Below are positions 41,056 to 49,783 of a DNA stretch of 64,000 nt, one piece after another. The stretch's first letter is position 1. Each line of letters begins with the position of its first letter. The position numbers were made by a program, and so were the translations under genes. The stretch covers positions 160,001 through 224,000 of the forward strand of contig CAXXIA010000002.1 in NCBI GenBank assembly GCA_963666985.2, written 5' to 3'. Source of the DNA: Spirochaetia bacterium (GTDB taxonomy: Bacteria > Spirochaetota > Spirochaetia > DSM-2461). A model generated the notes under the pieces. The model was not told where the DNA came from. It saw only the letters and a list, made by a program, of their open reading frames with translations, and did not search any database.

Positions 41056-41460
41056 ATGGAAATTAAGTCCGCGGAAAATGGAACCAAACTTATTCTCGAA
41101 GCGATCAATCGAAACGATTCCGCTGCGGATCAGCTCTCGGTACGCATCGACGGCGCGCGGTTTTCGGGAATGAAATCGGTCTACATCCATAACACGTCCT
41201 CACTTCTGGCTCCTTTCCTTAAATTCCGGAAAGCATTGGACGCATCCGATACGCATGTCCGCTGGGAAAGCATTGAAGAAGATCTGTCGGTGGAGCTGTA
41301 TCATCGTGACAGTCTCGGGCACATCTGCCTTAATGTAAGCCTCCGGGAAAACTGCGGAAATCCTCCGTGGTCGGTTTCCACCGAATTAATCCTGGAGTTG
41401 GGCCTCTTCGATTCCCTTGTTGCCGATCTCCAAGCTCTTCTCGACGGCTTAGAGACCTAA
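41056..41460 (+). CDS. Hypothetical protein, DUF6228/WapI-like
   Basis: WESIEEDLSV..HRDSLGHICLNVSL...WSVSTELILELG pattern. Confidence 0.6.
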   Translation: MEIKSAENGTKLILEAINRNDSAADQLSVRIDGARFSGMKSVYIHNTSSLLAPFLKFRKALDASDTHVRWESIEEDLSVELYHRDSLGHICLNVSLRENCGNPPWSVSTELILELGLFDSLVADLQALLDGLET

Positions 41461-41589
41461 TTTCGATTAAGAGCTTTTGATTCGCTCCCGAAAGGCCGGT
41501 TCAAAACGGCCGATTCTCAGGCCGCCTCGAAGCTTCCAATGAATCACCGTTCCCCGGCGGGGAACTTTCGCATTACAATGTGGATTGTG

Positions 41590-42156
41590 ATGAATCTCAT
41601 CGTATTCCTGGGCAATCCCGGAGATCGCTACTCACGGACCCGCCACAACGCCGGACGGATGGTGCTTGAAAAGATGCCGTTTTTCAAAGAAGCGGCCTGG
41701 AGAGAGAAATTTCACGGGAAAATCGCCGAAGTAACGCTGGGAAGCCGAAAAATCCGTTCTCTCGTTCCGGATACGTTCATGAACCTGACGGGGAAATCGG
41801 CCGCGGCGGCCGCAACGTTCTTCAAACTCAAGCCGGGAAATCTTCTGATTGTTCACGACGATTTGGAAATCCCCTTCGGGCAAATCGGGCTGAAGTTCGG
41901 CGGCGGGACGGCCGGACATAACGGTTTAAAATCGATCCGGGACAGTCTGGGAACGGCCGATTTCGGACGTCTGCGGATAGGGATTGGTAGACCGGAGAAA
42001 GGATCCGTGCAATCATGGGTTCTCGGCCGATTTTCACCCGAAGAGGAGGCGGCGCTACCCGTTGTTCTGGAAGCGGCCGCCGGATTGCTGGAACACGCCG
42101 CGGACGATTTCGACGGCGCGATGAGAACGAACGGAACTATAAAGGTTTACGGATGA
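41590..42156 (+). CDS. pth: Peptidyl-tRNA hydrolase
   Basis: LGNPG..Y..TRHNAG, TFMNLTG, HDDLE, GHNGLKSI, RLRIGIGRP. Confidence 0.96.
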   Translation: MNLIVFLGNPGDRYSRTRHNAGRMVLEKMPFFKEAAWREKFHGKIAEVTLGSRKIRSLVPDTFMNLTGKSAAAAATFFKLKPGNLLIVHDDLEIPFGQIGLKFGGGTAGHNGLKSIRDSLGTADFGRLRIGIGRPEKGSVQSWVLGRFSPEEEAALPVVLEAAAGLLEHAADDFDGAMRTNGTIKVYG

Positions 42157-43160
42157 TCGATTTTCCATGCGAAGAAAAAAGCGAAAACGACAAAGAGAGT
42201 GCTCCGAATAATCCGAATGAAAAACCGAATGAGGAAGCGCGGCTCAAACTCCTCAAAAAGGCCTCCTGGGCCGGTATCGTCGGCAACGCCCTGCTTTCCT
42301 CACTGAAAATTGTCGCCGGATGGATTTCGGGATCACTTGCGGTCGTCGGCGACGGCATAGACAGCCTCAGCGATGTCGTTACGTCCATTGTTACGCTGTA
42401 TGCGGCCAAAACGGCGGCGATGCCCCCCGACCCGGAACACCCCTGGGGACACCGCAGAGCCGAAGCCATCGCGACGAAAACCTTGTCGCTGGTCATCATC
42501 ATGGCCGGACTCCAGCTGCTGATTTTAACCGTAAAAAAACTTACCGGCTCGGTAACAACGGAACTTCCCGGCTCTCTGGCTCTCATCGCCACGGGAATCT
42601 CCGTTCTAGGGAAGCTGGGATTGGCCGGTTATAAATTCCACGCCGGCCGCGTCTGCGAGAGTGAGATGATGAAGGCCGATGCGATCAACATGCGCAACGA
42701 TATCATTCTCTCGCTGGTGGTGCTGATCGGAGTTTTTACCACGCGGATTCTCAAGATACCCATTATCGACATTCTGGCCGGATTCGGCGTAAGCGTCTGG
42801 ATTATCGTCGTCGGCATTCAAGTCTTTCTCCATTCGAACACCGAGCTCATGGACAGCATCGACGATCCGGATCTCTACCGTCATGTTTTCGAAGCCGTTG
42901 ATGCCGTTGAAGGGGTGTTTAATCCGCATCGCGTGAGAATCAGAAGCCTGAACGCTCTGTATGTTATCGACCTGGACGTTGAAGTGAACGGCAAACTCTC
43001 GGTCTCGGAGGCCCACCGGCTGGCCTGCAAGGTGGAATCGGAGATTCGCCGCAGAGTAAAGAAGGTTTTCGACATCATGGTTCACATCGAACCGGCGGGC
43101 GTCGCCGACCACGAAGAGGGATACGGTTTGGTTCCCGAAGATCTGAACAAACAGTCTTGA
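42153..43160 (+). CDS. Cation diffusion facilitator (CDF/FieF-like) transporter
   Basis: GDGIDSLSD, PDPEHPWGHRRAE, 6 TM helices, C-terminal EAHRLA...MVHIEP. Confidence 0.92.
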   Translation: MIDFPCEEKSENDKESAPNNPNEKPNEEARLKLLKKASWAGIVGNALLSSLKIVAGWISGSLAVVGDGIDSLSDVVTSIVTLYAAKTAAMPPDPEHPWGHRRAEAIATKTLSLVIIMAGLQLLILTVKKLTGSVTTELPGSLALIATGISVLGKLGLAGYKFHAGRVCESEMMKADAINMRNDIILSLVVLIGVFTTRILKIPIIDILAGFGVSVWIIVVGIQVFLHSNTELMDSIDDPDLYRHVFEAVDAVEGVFNPHRVRIRSLNALYVIDLDVEVNGKLSVSEAHRLACKVESEIRRRVKKVFDIMVHIEPAGVADHEEGYGLVPEDLNKQS

Positions 43161-43214
43161 CGGGTAACTTCTTTCTCCAAATATAATTAGGAATAGCTAA
43201 TTATCTCTTCGCTC

Positions 43215-43243
43215 TTGATTTTCTAAATCGATGCGCATACATT
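43215..43243 (+). promoter_or_regulatory. Sigma70-like promoter of the ferredoxin gene
   Basis: TTGATT, 17 bp, TACATT; GGAGG RBS at 43262; a second candidate TTGACG/TATAAT at 43157-43187. Confidence 0.4.
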
Positions 43244-43272
43244 GGGATCAGAAAAATAACCGGAGGTAGCCC

Positions 43273-43446
43273 ATGGCCTACTCTATCAACAAAGACGAAT
43301 GTGTTAACTGCGGCGCTTGCGAACCCGAGTGCCCTGTTGAAGCGATCAGCGAAAAGGACGATGCCCGTTTTATCGATCCCGACATGTGCACCAGCTGCGG
43401 TTCCTGCGCCGAGGTGTGCCCCACCGAGTGCATCATCGCGGACTGA
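43273..43446 (+). CDS. 2x[4Fe-4S] clostridial-type ferredoxin (57 aa; not in the ORF track)
   Basis: [57 protein letters not shown]; two CxxCxxCxxxCP motifs; strong RBS. Confidence 0.95.
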   Translation: MAYSINKDECVNCGACEPECPVEAISEKDDARFIDPDMCTSCGSCAEVCPTECIIAD

Positions 43447-43467
43447 TATTCAACAACCCGTTGATGC

Positions 43468-43497
43468 AAAGCCGCCGCTTTCCGGCGGCTTTCTTTT
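43468..43497 (+). terminator. Rho-independent terminator after the ferredoxin gene
   Basis: AAAGCCGCCG-CTTTC-CGGCGGCTTT followed by CTTTT. Confidence 0.8.
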
Positions 43498-43591
43498 AAA
43501 TCTTATTCAAAGCGAACCCGCAAAGCATCCGATTCGCATCACGATCGCGGGCGGCATTTTTGAATAAGCCTCTTTTTGTTATATTCATTCC

Positions 43592-44815
43592 ATGCCGTTT
43601 AATCCGAAACCGTTTAATCCGAAACCTCTGCTGGACCGCTCCGCGATGTATCATGCCGTTCGCCGCTATTTCGATACTCACGGCTATCTGGAAGCCGACA
43701 CCCCCGTCCTTACCGCATCTCCCATCCCGGAATCCCATATCGATCTTTTTCACACGCAGGTTCATCACCCCGATAACGGGGCTTCGGATTCTTTCCTCGT
43801 CCCCTCTCCGGAGGTATGGCTCAAGCTTCTGCTGGCCGAAGGAGCCCCTTCCCTCTACCAGATCGCTCCCTGCTTCCGTAACGGAGAACAGATGGACCGA
43901 TGGCACCGTCCGGAGTTCCGGATGCTCGAGTGGTATGGCCTCGGAGCTACGGCCGAAAAGAATGCCGCGGTAATGCAGGATGTTTTGAACGTTTGCGTCG
44001 AAGCGGTGCGGCCGGATGCTCCGGCGGATGTTTCGGGCCGAATCACGGCGATAACCATGGAAGAGGCTTTCCGCGATTACGCCGGGTTTTCCCTGGAATC
44101 GGATTTAAGGGAAGCCGGACTGGCGGATTCGGGCGCGGCGGGCACAGCGGATGAGGTACAAAAGAAGTCGGAAAACGCGGCAAACGGGATGTCCGCGGCC
44201 GCTGCTCGAAGTGCCGAATCGGACGATACCTCTGAAAAGGCCTTAGAGGCTCAAGCAGCCTCGGAAGCCGAGGCGCTGGAAAGAGCGGCGGAGATTCTGG
44301 CGGCCAGGCTCGAAGAACGGGGACTTCCCGGCGGCGGCAACACGGCGGAGATGACCGCCGCCTCCGGGAAAAGCGGCCGGATGTGCCGCGAAACGGCCGA
44401 CGATCTTTTTCACCGCCTCTTTATAACTTTGGTGGAAGATGCGCTGCCGACCGATACCCCCCTTATCCTGACCGATTGGCCGGCTCTCATCCCCACCCTG
44501 GCCCGCCGCATTCCCGGAACGCCTTGGGCGGAACGCTGGGAGCTCTATATTCGCGGAGTTGAAGCGGCCAACTGCTACGGAGAAGAAACCGACTCGAATC
44601 GCCTCATTTCATACTGGCGCTCCGAATCGGAACGCGTAAAACGCGCCGGCGGAATCGCGGCCGGTGTCGCCGATTGGCCGGAAAAAATCGCCTCGGCGAT
44701 GCCTCCCTGCTCCGGAGCAGCGGTGGGTTTGGACCGCCTGCTGGCGCTCATTCGGGGCGATGATGACCTGAAGGGGCTGGACCTTTTCACGAAACATGAT
44801 ATGATTCGCCGGTAA
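43592..44815 (+). CDS. epmA: EF-P lysine aminoacylase EpmA (GenX/PoxA) with an ~80-aa Ala/Glu/Ser-rich insertion
   Basis: LEADTP, PSPE..LKLLLA, YQIAPCFRNGE...HRPEFRMLEWY, ERWELYIRGVE.AN, PPCSGAAVGLDRL; adjacent to efp. Confidence 0.92.
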   Translation: MPFNPKPFNPKPLLDRSAMYHAVRRYFDTHGYLEADTPVLTASPIPESHIDLFHTQVHHPDNGASDSFLVPSPEVWLKLLLAEGAPSLYQIAPCFRNGEQMDRWHRPEFRMLEWYGLGATAEKNAAVMQDVLNVCVEAVRPDAPADVSGRITAITMEEAFRDYAGFSLESDLREAGLADSGAAGTADEVQKKSENAANGMSAAAARSAESDDTSEKALEAQAASEAEALERAAEILAARLEERGLPGGGNTAEMTAASGKSGRMCRETADDLFHRLFITLVEDALPTDTPLILTDWPALIPTLARRIPGTPWAERWELYIRGVEAANCYGEETDSNRLISYWRSESERVKRAGGIAAGVADWPEKIASAMPPCSGAAVGLDRLLALIRGDDDLKGLDLFTKHDMIRR

Positions 44816-44906
44816 TTATCAACAGGTAAATCAATAAGCGCGGATCGACCGAACCTGTCGCATAAAACGCCGCGCATCCGGCAAACAATAGAAGCAGGAA
44901 CATATT

Positions 44907-45476
44907 ATGGGAATGATTAAAGCGGGCGCCATAGCTAAAGGCACCTATCTCTTGGAAAAAACAGAACCCTTTGTCGTCGTGGAACGGGAATTCGTTAATC
45001 CCGGAAAAGGCTCCGCGTTCGTTCGGCTGAAGCTGAAGAATCTGCGCAGCGGCGCCGTCCTGAAGATTACTCATAAGAGTCAGGATAACTGCGAAGAAAT
45101 CGATGTTGATGAATTCGACGCGCAGTTTCTCTATTCGGACGGAACCAGCTATCATTTCATGGACAGCAACACCTTCGACCAGTTCGAAGTACCGATGACC
45201 GCTCATGAAGACGCCCAATACTTCATGCTTGAAGGAGAAACATTTAAAGTTACCCGCTGGAACGGCGAAACTCTCGATATCCGTCTTCCGCCGAAAAAAG
45301 ACCTGATCGTGGCCGAGGCCGAAGAGGCCGTAAAAGGCGATACCGTAACCGGCGCGACGAAATACGTGGTAACCGAAACCGGCTTGAAGGTTAAGGTTCC
45401 CATTTTCATTAAGCAGGGCGAGAAAATCCGCATCAGCGTGGATACCAAGGAATATCAGGAACGCATCAACGACTGA
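44907..45476 (+). CDS. efp: Translation elongation factor P
   Basis: NPGKGSAFVR (Lys34 type), KGDT, ETGLKVKVPIFI. Confidence 0.97.
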   Translation: MGMIKAGAIAKGTYLLEKTEPFVVVEREFVNPGKGSAFVRLKLKNLRSGAVLKITHKSQDNCEEIDVDEFDAQFLYSDGTSYHFMDSNTFDQFEVPMTAHEDAQYFMLEGETFKVTRWNGETLDIRLPPKKDLIVAEAEEAVKGDTVTGATKYVVTETGLKVKVPIFIKQGEKIRISVDTKEYQERIND

Positions 45477-45495
45477 TCCTTTTTCCAGGATCGTG

Positions 45496-45570
45496 TCCCG
45501 ACGGGATTCGGATGCGGAGAACAGACAAGACGCCGCATAAGAGTTCTCCCGACGGGATTCGGGAGTGCTC
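45496..45570. repeat. 16-bp direct repeat TCCCGACGGGATTCGG (45496-45511, 45547-45562); the second copy lies in a hairpin between convergent genes
   Basis: Read directly; stem GAG.TT.CTCCCGA / TCGGGAG.TG.CTC. Confidence 0.7.
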
Positions 45571-45625
45571 AACGGCAAGCTCTCCATGAAATTCTTCGCC
45601 GAAGCCCGGTTTTCGGGAACAATTT

Positions 45626-46351
45626 CTATATCGCGGCAGCTTTCATTTGCCTGAGAAAATCCTGCATTTCCGAGGGATTATCCCGGAGCTTCAACACCGC
45701 GCTTCCGACAAAAAATCCATCGGCTCCGCATTCCTTGATGTACCGGATATCATCCGAAGTCCGTATGCCGACTCCGCAATAGATGGGGCGATCGCTCCCC
45801 TTGGTGACGGTCTCCCGGAGGAAGCGGATGCATTTATCCAGGGTGTCGTATTCCGGATGGACCTCTCCGGTGGACTTCGACTGAAGGTAGAGAAATCCAT
45901 TCGTTTCGCGGGCGTTGATGAGTTCCTCTTCCGGAAGATGAAAGGGGATATATGTGCTGACTTTCAGTCCGGAATCCATGCATGTCCGACGAAAATCCCT
46001 GTTGGGTTCGCCGAGGTACACCAGATTCTCAAAACCTCCGTCGGTGCAAAAACGAATAAAGCGGTCTTCACCGATTTCTTCAATGGTCTTCCGATAAGCC
46101 AGGATGATGTACTTCTTGTCGGGATGACACCGCTTGATTGCAAGAAGTGCATCCATGTACTCCTGATAGTCGCCGCATGCCTCCAGCGCCGCTTTCATCC
46201 GATCTTGGATGAACGGAGGATCGAGATACGGATCCCGGGCCGGGAAATCAGCTTCCAGGACATCGCATCCGGCCTCGAAGAACAGATCCGCCGATTCCGA
46301 TGAATACTCGATGGAAGGATATCCGTTGGATAAGTAACAAATAAGGTTCAT
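45626..46351 (-). CDS. Tryptophan synthase alpha (TrpA)-family TIM barrel, stand-alone paralog 2
   Basis: YLSNGYP, GCDVLEADFPARDPYLDPPFIQ (E49 and D60 equivalents kept), GFLY, YCGVGI, GADGFFVGSA. Confidence 0.88.
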   Translation of the reverse strand: MNLICYLSNGYPSIEYSSESADLFFEAGCDVLEADFPARDPYLDPPFIQDRMKAALEACGDYQEYMDALLAIKRCHPDKKYIILAYRKTIEEIGEDRFIRFCTDGGFENLVYLGEPNRDFRRTCMDSGLKVSTYIPFHLPEEELINARETNGFLYLQSKSTGEVHPEYDTLDKCIRFLRETVTKGSDRPIYCGVGIRTSDDIRYIKECGADGFFVGSAVLKLRDNPSEMQDFLRQMKAAAI

Positions 46352-47085
46352 GAGTTCGCCGCTCCTTGACATACCAGCTTAAATTCCCGGATTTTCTCCC
46401 TCAATTCGTCGGGAAAGCCTTCAAGTTCCATGAAGGTACTTCCGACAAAAATCCCGTCACTGCCCGATTCCAGGGCCAGAGCGGCATCTTGAGGAGTTTT
46501 AATGCCCACGCCGGTGTATATTTTTCGATCCTGCGCCAAACGGAGACGCAGATAATCGATGCAATTCCTCAATTCGGGGAATCTCAGCCGATCATCGGAA
46601 ACCTGGGGCTTCGCCTGAAGGTAGACGAATCCGTTCCCTCGCTCCGCCGCACCGACTTCATTCCAATCCATCTGGAACTGGACGTAGCAGCTGATATGAA
46701 GACCTGCGGCAATCAGCCGGTTCTTCATCACGGAGTCTCCCCCCCCGATGAAGGTTACGTCGAGAAACCCTTCTGCAAGGCAAAATCCGACGAAACGATC
46801 CTCGCCGATTTCTTCGATGGTCTCTTCATAAGCCAGAAGGAAGATCGTCAGGCCGGGACAGGCGCTCCGGATCGCCGTGAGATTCTCCATGTAGGCTTCC
46901 CAGTTAAGGCTCTTTTCCCGTGCAGTGAGCATCCTCCGGGCAATATTAGGCCCTTCCAAATAGGGATCTGCGGCAGGAAAATCGATCTGCATGGCATCAA
47001 TCCCCGCCTTATGATAGCGCAAAGCCAGATCCCGGCTGCCACCCAGCGAGGGATACCCGTTCGAGAGGTATGAAATCAGCTTCAT
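46348..47085 (-). CDS. Tryptophan synthase alpha (TrpA)-family TIM barrel, stand-alone paralog 1
   Basis: YLSNGYP, GIDAMQIDFPAADPYLEGPNI (E49->Q, D60->E), GFVY, YTGVGI, GSDGIFVGST. Confidence 0.88.
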   Translation of the reverse strand: MKLISYLSNGYPSLGGSRDLALRYHKAGIDAMQIDFPAADPYLEGPNIARRMLTAREKSLNWEAYMENLTAIRSACPGLTIFLLAYEETIEEIGEDRFVGFCLAEGFLDVTFIGGGDSVMKNRLIAAGLHISCYVQFQMDWNEVGAAERGNGFVYLQAKPQVSDDRLRFPELRNCIDYLRLRLAQDRKIYTGVGIKTPQDAALALESGSDGIFVGSTFMELEGFPDELREKIREFKLVCQGAANS

Positions 47086-47088
47086 CGG

Positions 47089-48231
47089 TCAGGATCCGGA
47101 ATAAATCGTCCGCAGCAATTCAGTCATTCCCTCCTTCGAAGGAATGATCGGATTGGTTTTCGTACAGCCGTCGGCCATGGCTAAGTCCGCGAGGGTTCCT
47201 AAGTTCTTCTCGAAGGCCTCTTCTTCAACCACATCGCCCAGAGTTCGGGGAATCCCGACTTTTTCGTTCAGACTTCTGACGGCATCTCCGAAGTCGCCGG
47301 CCCCCAGGGCTTCCGCCAGGCCGTCGTATAGGCCCTTTGCGCGGGAATCGGAGCAGTTGAAATCGATCACATAGGGAAGAATGATCGCATTTGCCTTCCC
47401 GTGGGGAAGATGAAAAAGTGATCCGCAGCCGTGGGCGATGGAATGGACGATGCCCAGAGAGACGTTGGTAAAGGCGAGTCCTGCAACCATCGACGCGTTC
47501 ATCATCGTCTCCCGCGCCTTCAAATCTCCGCCATCTTTGCAAGCCGCGGGAAGAGCGCGGAAGACATCCAGAATAGCCTGTTTCGCCAAGATGTCCGACA
47601 CGTAATTAGCTCGAGTGGACGCATAGGCCTCGACGGCGTGAGTCAGGGCGTCCATTCCCGTCGCGGCGGTCATTTCCGGAGGCAAGCTCACCGTCAGGAC
47701 CGGATCGCAGATAGCCAAATCCGGCATCATCTCCATATTGCCTATCCCGCATTTCACCCCGTCATCGTCGGTGATTACCACAGAACGGGAGACTTCGCTC
47801 GCAGAACCGCTGGTCGTCGGAATGCAGCCGAAACGCGCTTTTCCGCGCAGTTTGGGAAATCCTTCCTTGGACATCAGAGGAACGAGGGAATCAATCTCGG
47901 GATGCTCATAGAGCACCCACATCGTCTTGGCCGCATCCATAACCGAACCGCCGCCGACGGCAAGGATGAAATCCGGCTCTTCCCCGAGGAAGAACTCGGC
48001 GCCTTTCCTCACTGTGGAGAAGGAAGGATCGGGCTCCACGCCGACAAAGACGGAGAACGGAATCCCGACTTCTTCCAAGGGAGCGACGATGAGCGCCCAC
48101 TGCTCACTTTTTCTGATTCGTTCCGAGGAAACAACGATAACGACTTTTTTCGCGCCCAGGGTTTTCAGATGCCCCAGGGTCCCGGCTCCAAAAAGGAGTT
48201 GGTTCCCTGCGAGTTTCATTGGCCTCATCAT
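47089..48231 (-). CDS. Iron-containing alcohol dehydrogenase
   Basis: GGGSVMDAAK, PTTSGSASE, GMDALTHAVE, GIVHSIAH, HGKAN. Confidence 0.94.
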   Translation of the reverse strand: MMRPMKLAGNQLLFGAGTLGHLKTLGAKKVVIVVSSERIRKSEQWALIVAPLEEVGIPFSVFVGVEPDPSFSTVRKGAEFFLGEEPDFILAVGGGSVMDAAKTMWVLYEHPEIDSLVPLMSKEGFPKLRGKARFGCIPTTSGSASEVSRSVVITDDDGVKCGIGNMEMMPDLAICDPVLTVSLPPEMTAATGMDALTHAVEAYASTRANYVSDILAKQAILDVFRALPAACKDGGDLKARETMMNASMVAGLAFTNVSLGIVHSIAHGCGSLFHLPHGKANAIILPYVIDFNCSDSRAKGLYDGLAEALGAGDFGDAVRSLNEKVGIPRTLGDVVEEEAFEKNLGTLADLAMADGCTKTNPIIPSKEGMTELLRTIYSGS

Positions 48232-48236
48232 GAGCT

Positions 48237-49022
48237 TTATCCTTTGTACGCGGCAATCAGATCACTTGCCAAAGCGGAATCGATGGGATTCGTCAGAACT
48301 CCGCCCTTCTTGATGGAAGAACCGATAAAAGCGCCGTCGGCGATGTTCATTTGGTCCTTGATGTTGTCTGTTTTCACTCCACTGCCGACGAAAACGGGGA
48401 TTTTCACGTTCTTTTTCACATTTTCGAGGCTTTCGATCGGCGTCGCATGTCCGCTGGCCGCTCCGGTAATGATGAGACCGTCGGCACCGCAGTCAACGGC
48501 CATTTTTGCGCTTTCCACAAGCGTTATGGAAGGAACGAGCATGTAGGAATGCTTCACCTGGATGTCGGCCAAAATCTTGATATTCGATCCTTTCAGTTCT
48601 TCCCGATACCGCATGCAATCCGCCGCCGAAGGCTGGATCGTTCCACCGAAATACACGACGGTATCCACGAACACCGGCGTTCGGATGAAATCCGCATCGA
48701 GGATCTTGGCAATTGACAAGGACGTCTTGTAATCGTTGAAGGCCGCGTCTATGCCGATGGGCAGAGAGACATTCCTGCGAACCAGGGCGGCTATGGCGGA
48801 AAGGGCCGCAATCTGCGGAATATCCATAAAGGGCTTCAGCGGCGTATCGTTCATGTTCTCGATGCAGATCGCATCGAAGCCCGCTTTTTCAAGTTCTTTC
48901 GCGTCCTGGATAGCTTGGCTGATGATCTGTTCGCAATTATCCGCAAAATACGGGGTTTTCGGGAGCGGCAGGCAATGGACCATGCCGATCAGGTTCTTCT
49001 GATGCAAATCAAATTTCTTCAT
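48237..49022 (-). CDS. BtpA/SgcQ-family TIM-barrel protein
   Basis: IGMVHCLPLP, GFDAICIEN, ADFIR, LADIQVKHS, DGLIITGAASG, VGSGV, DGAFIGS. Confidence 0.93.
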   Translation of the reverse strand: MKKFDLHQKNLIGMVHCLPLPKTPYFADNCEQIISQAIQDAKELEKAGFDAICIENMNDTPLKPFMDIPQIAALSAIAALVRRNVSLPIGIDAAFNDYKTSLSIAKILDADFIRTPVFVDTVVYFGGTIQPSAADCMRYREELKGSNIKILADIQVKHSYMLVPSITLVESAKMAVDCGADGLIITGAASGHATPIESLENVKKNVKIPVFVGSGVKTDNIKDQMNIADGAFIGSSIKKGGVLTNPIDSALASDLIAAYKG

Positions 49023-49783
49023 GGCGTTTTCTTCTCCTTTTGATCGAGATTGAAAAAACTCTCCAGAGCCGCCCGGCAAAGGCGGTCTTCGGCCCGGGAA
49101 CGTTCTTCACCCTCCAAAACCCTCTTTAAGTTTTCCAGGACGGTAGCCAGGGTGAGAACCGCCGTCCGGACGCCCATGAGCCGTCCTACGTTCAACATCG
49201 CCGATGATTCCATATCAATGCAGGTCACCCCGAGTTCCTTCAGCTCGGTGAACGAAGCAACGATGTCACTTCCCCGCTCCCGGGAGAGCTTCGATTCGTG
49301 CATCTGAGAATAAAAACCGTCCTTGGTGCAATTCAGGCAGGTATGGTTCCTCTCGCCCATTTCGGCAAGGGTCTCACGGAGGTTCTGAACCATGGAAAAG
49401 TCGGCTACCGCGGGGTATCCCCGGGGCACGTAGCTGGAACTGGTGCCCTCCTGAGAGATGGAAGCCACAGGAATGAGGAAATCGCCGAGATAGTCGTCCA
49501 CCAGGCTCATGGTGGTTCCCATCCGCAGAGCCGCCCTCATGCCGCAGTTATACATTTCCTCCATGGCGATGGCGGCACTGGGCGCGCCGATTCCGGTAGA
49601 AGTAACGGTGATGGGGACACCCTTGTAGAAGCCCGTATAGGTGTTGAATTCCCGCGCGTAGGCGATATGCCTGGAATCGTCCAGATATTGCTGCACGTGT
49701 TCCACGCGCTGCGGATCGCCGGAGAAAATGACATAGGGCGCTACGTCGTCCGGCGAAACCTTCCCGTAGAGAGTTTTATTCAT
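49019..49783 (-). CDS. Nucleoside phosphorylase (PNP/UDP family 1, uridine-phosphorylase-like)
   Basis: GDPQRV, REF, STGIGAPS, RMGT, DMESS. Confidence 0.92.
   Translation of the reverse strand: MNKTLYGKVSPDDVAPYVIFSGDPQRVEHVQQYLDDSRHIAYAREFNTYTGFYKGVPITVTSTGIGAPSAAIAMEEMYNCGMRAALRMGTTMSLVDDYLGDFLIPVASISQEGTSSSYVPRGYPAVADFSMVQNLRETLAEMGERNHTCLNCTKDGFYSQMHESKLSRERGSDIVASFTELKELGVTCIDMESSAMLNVGRLMGVRTAVLTLATVLENLKRVLEGEERSRAEDRLCRAALESFFNLDQKEKKTP

Noticed and set aside
45496..45562. tRNA 3'-end fragment / att site
   Set aside because: The reverse complement resembles a T-arm but lacks TTCGA and CCA, does not match the tRNA-Met here, and no integrase is present
45626..47085. Tryptophan biosynthesis genes (trpA)
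   Set aside because: No trpB or other trp genes in the window, the loop-6 GVTG motif is missing, one copy lacks the catalytic Glu, and the context is catabolic; no gene symbol assigned
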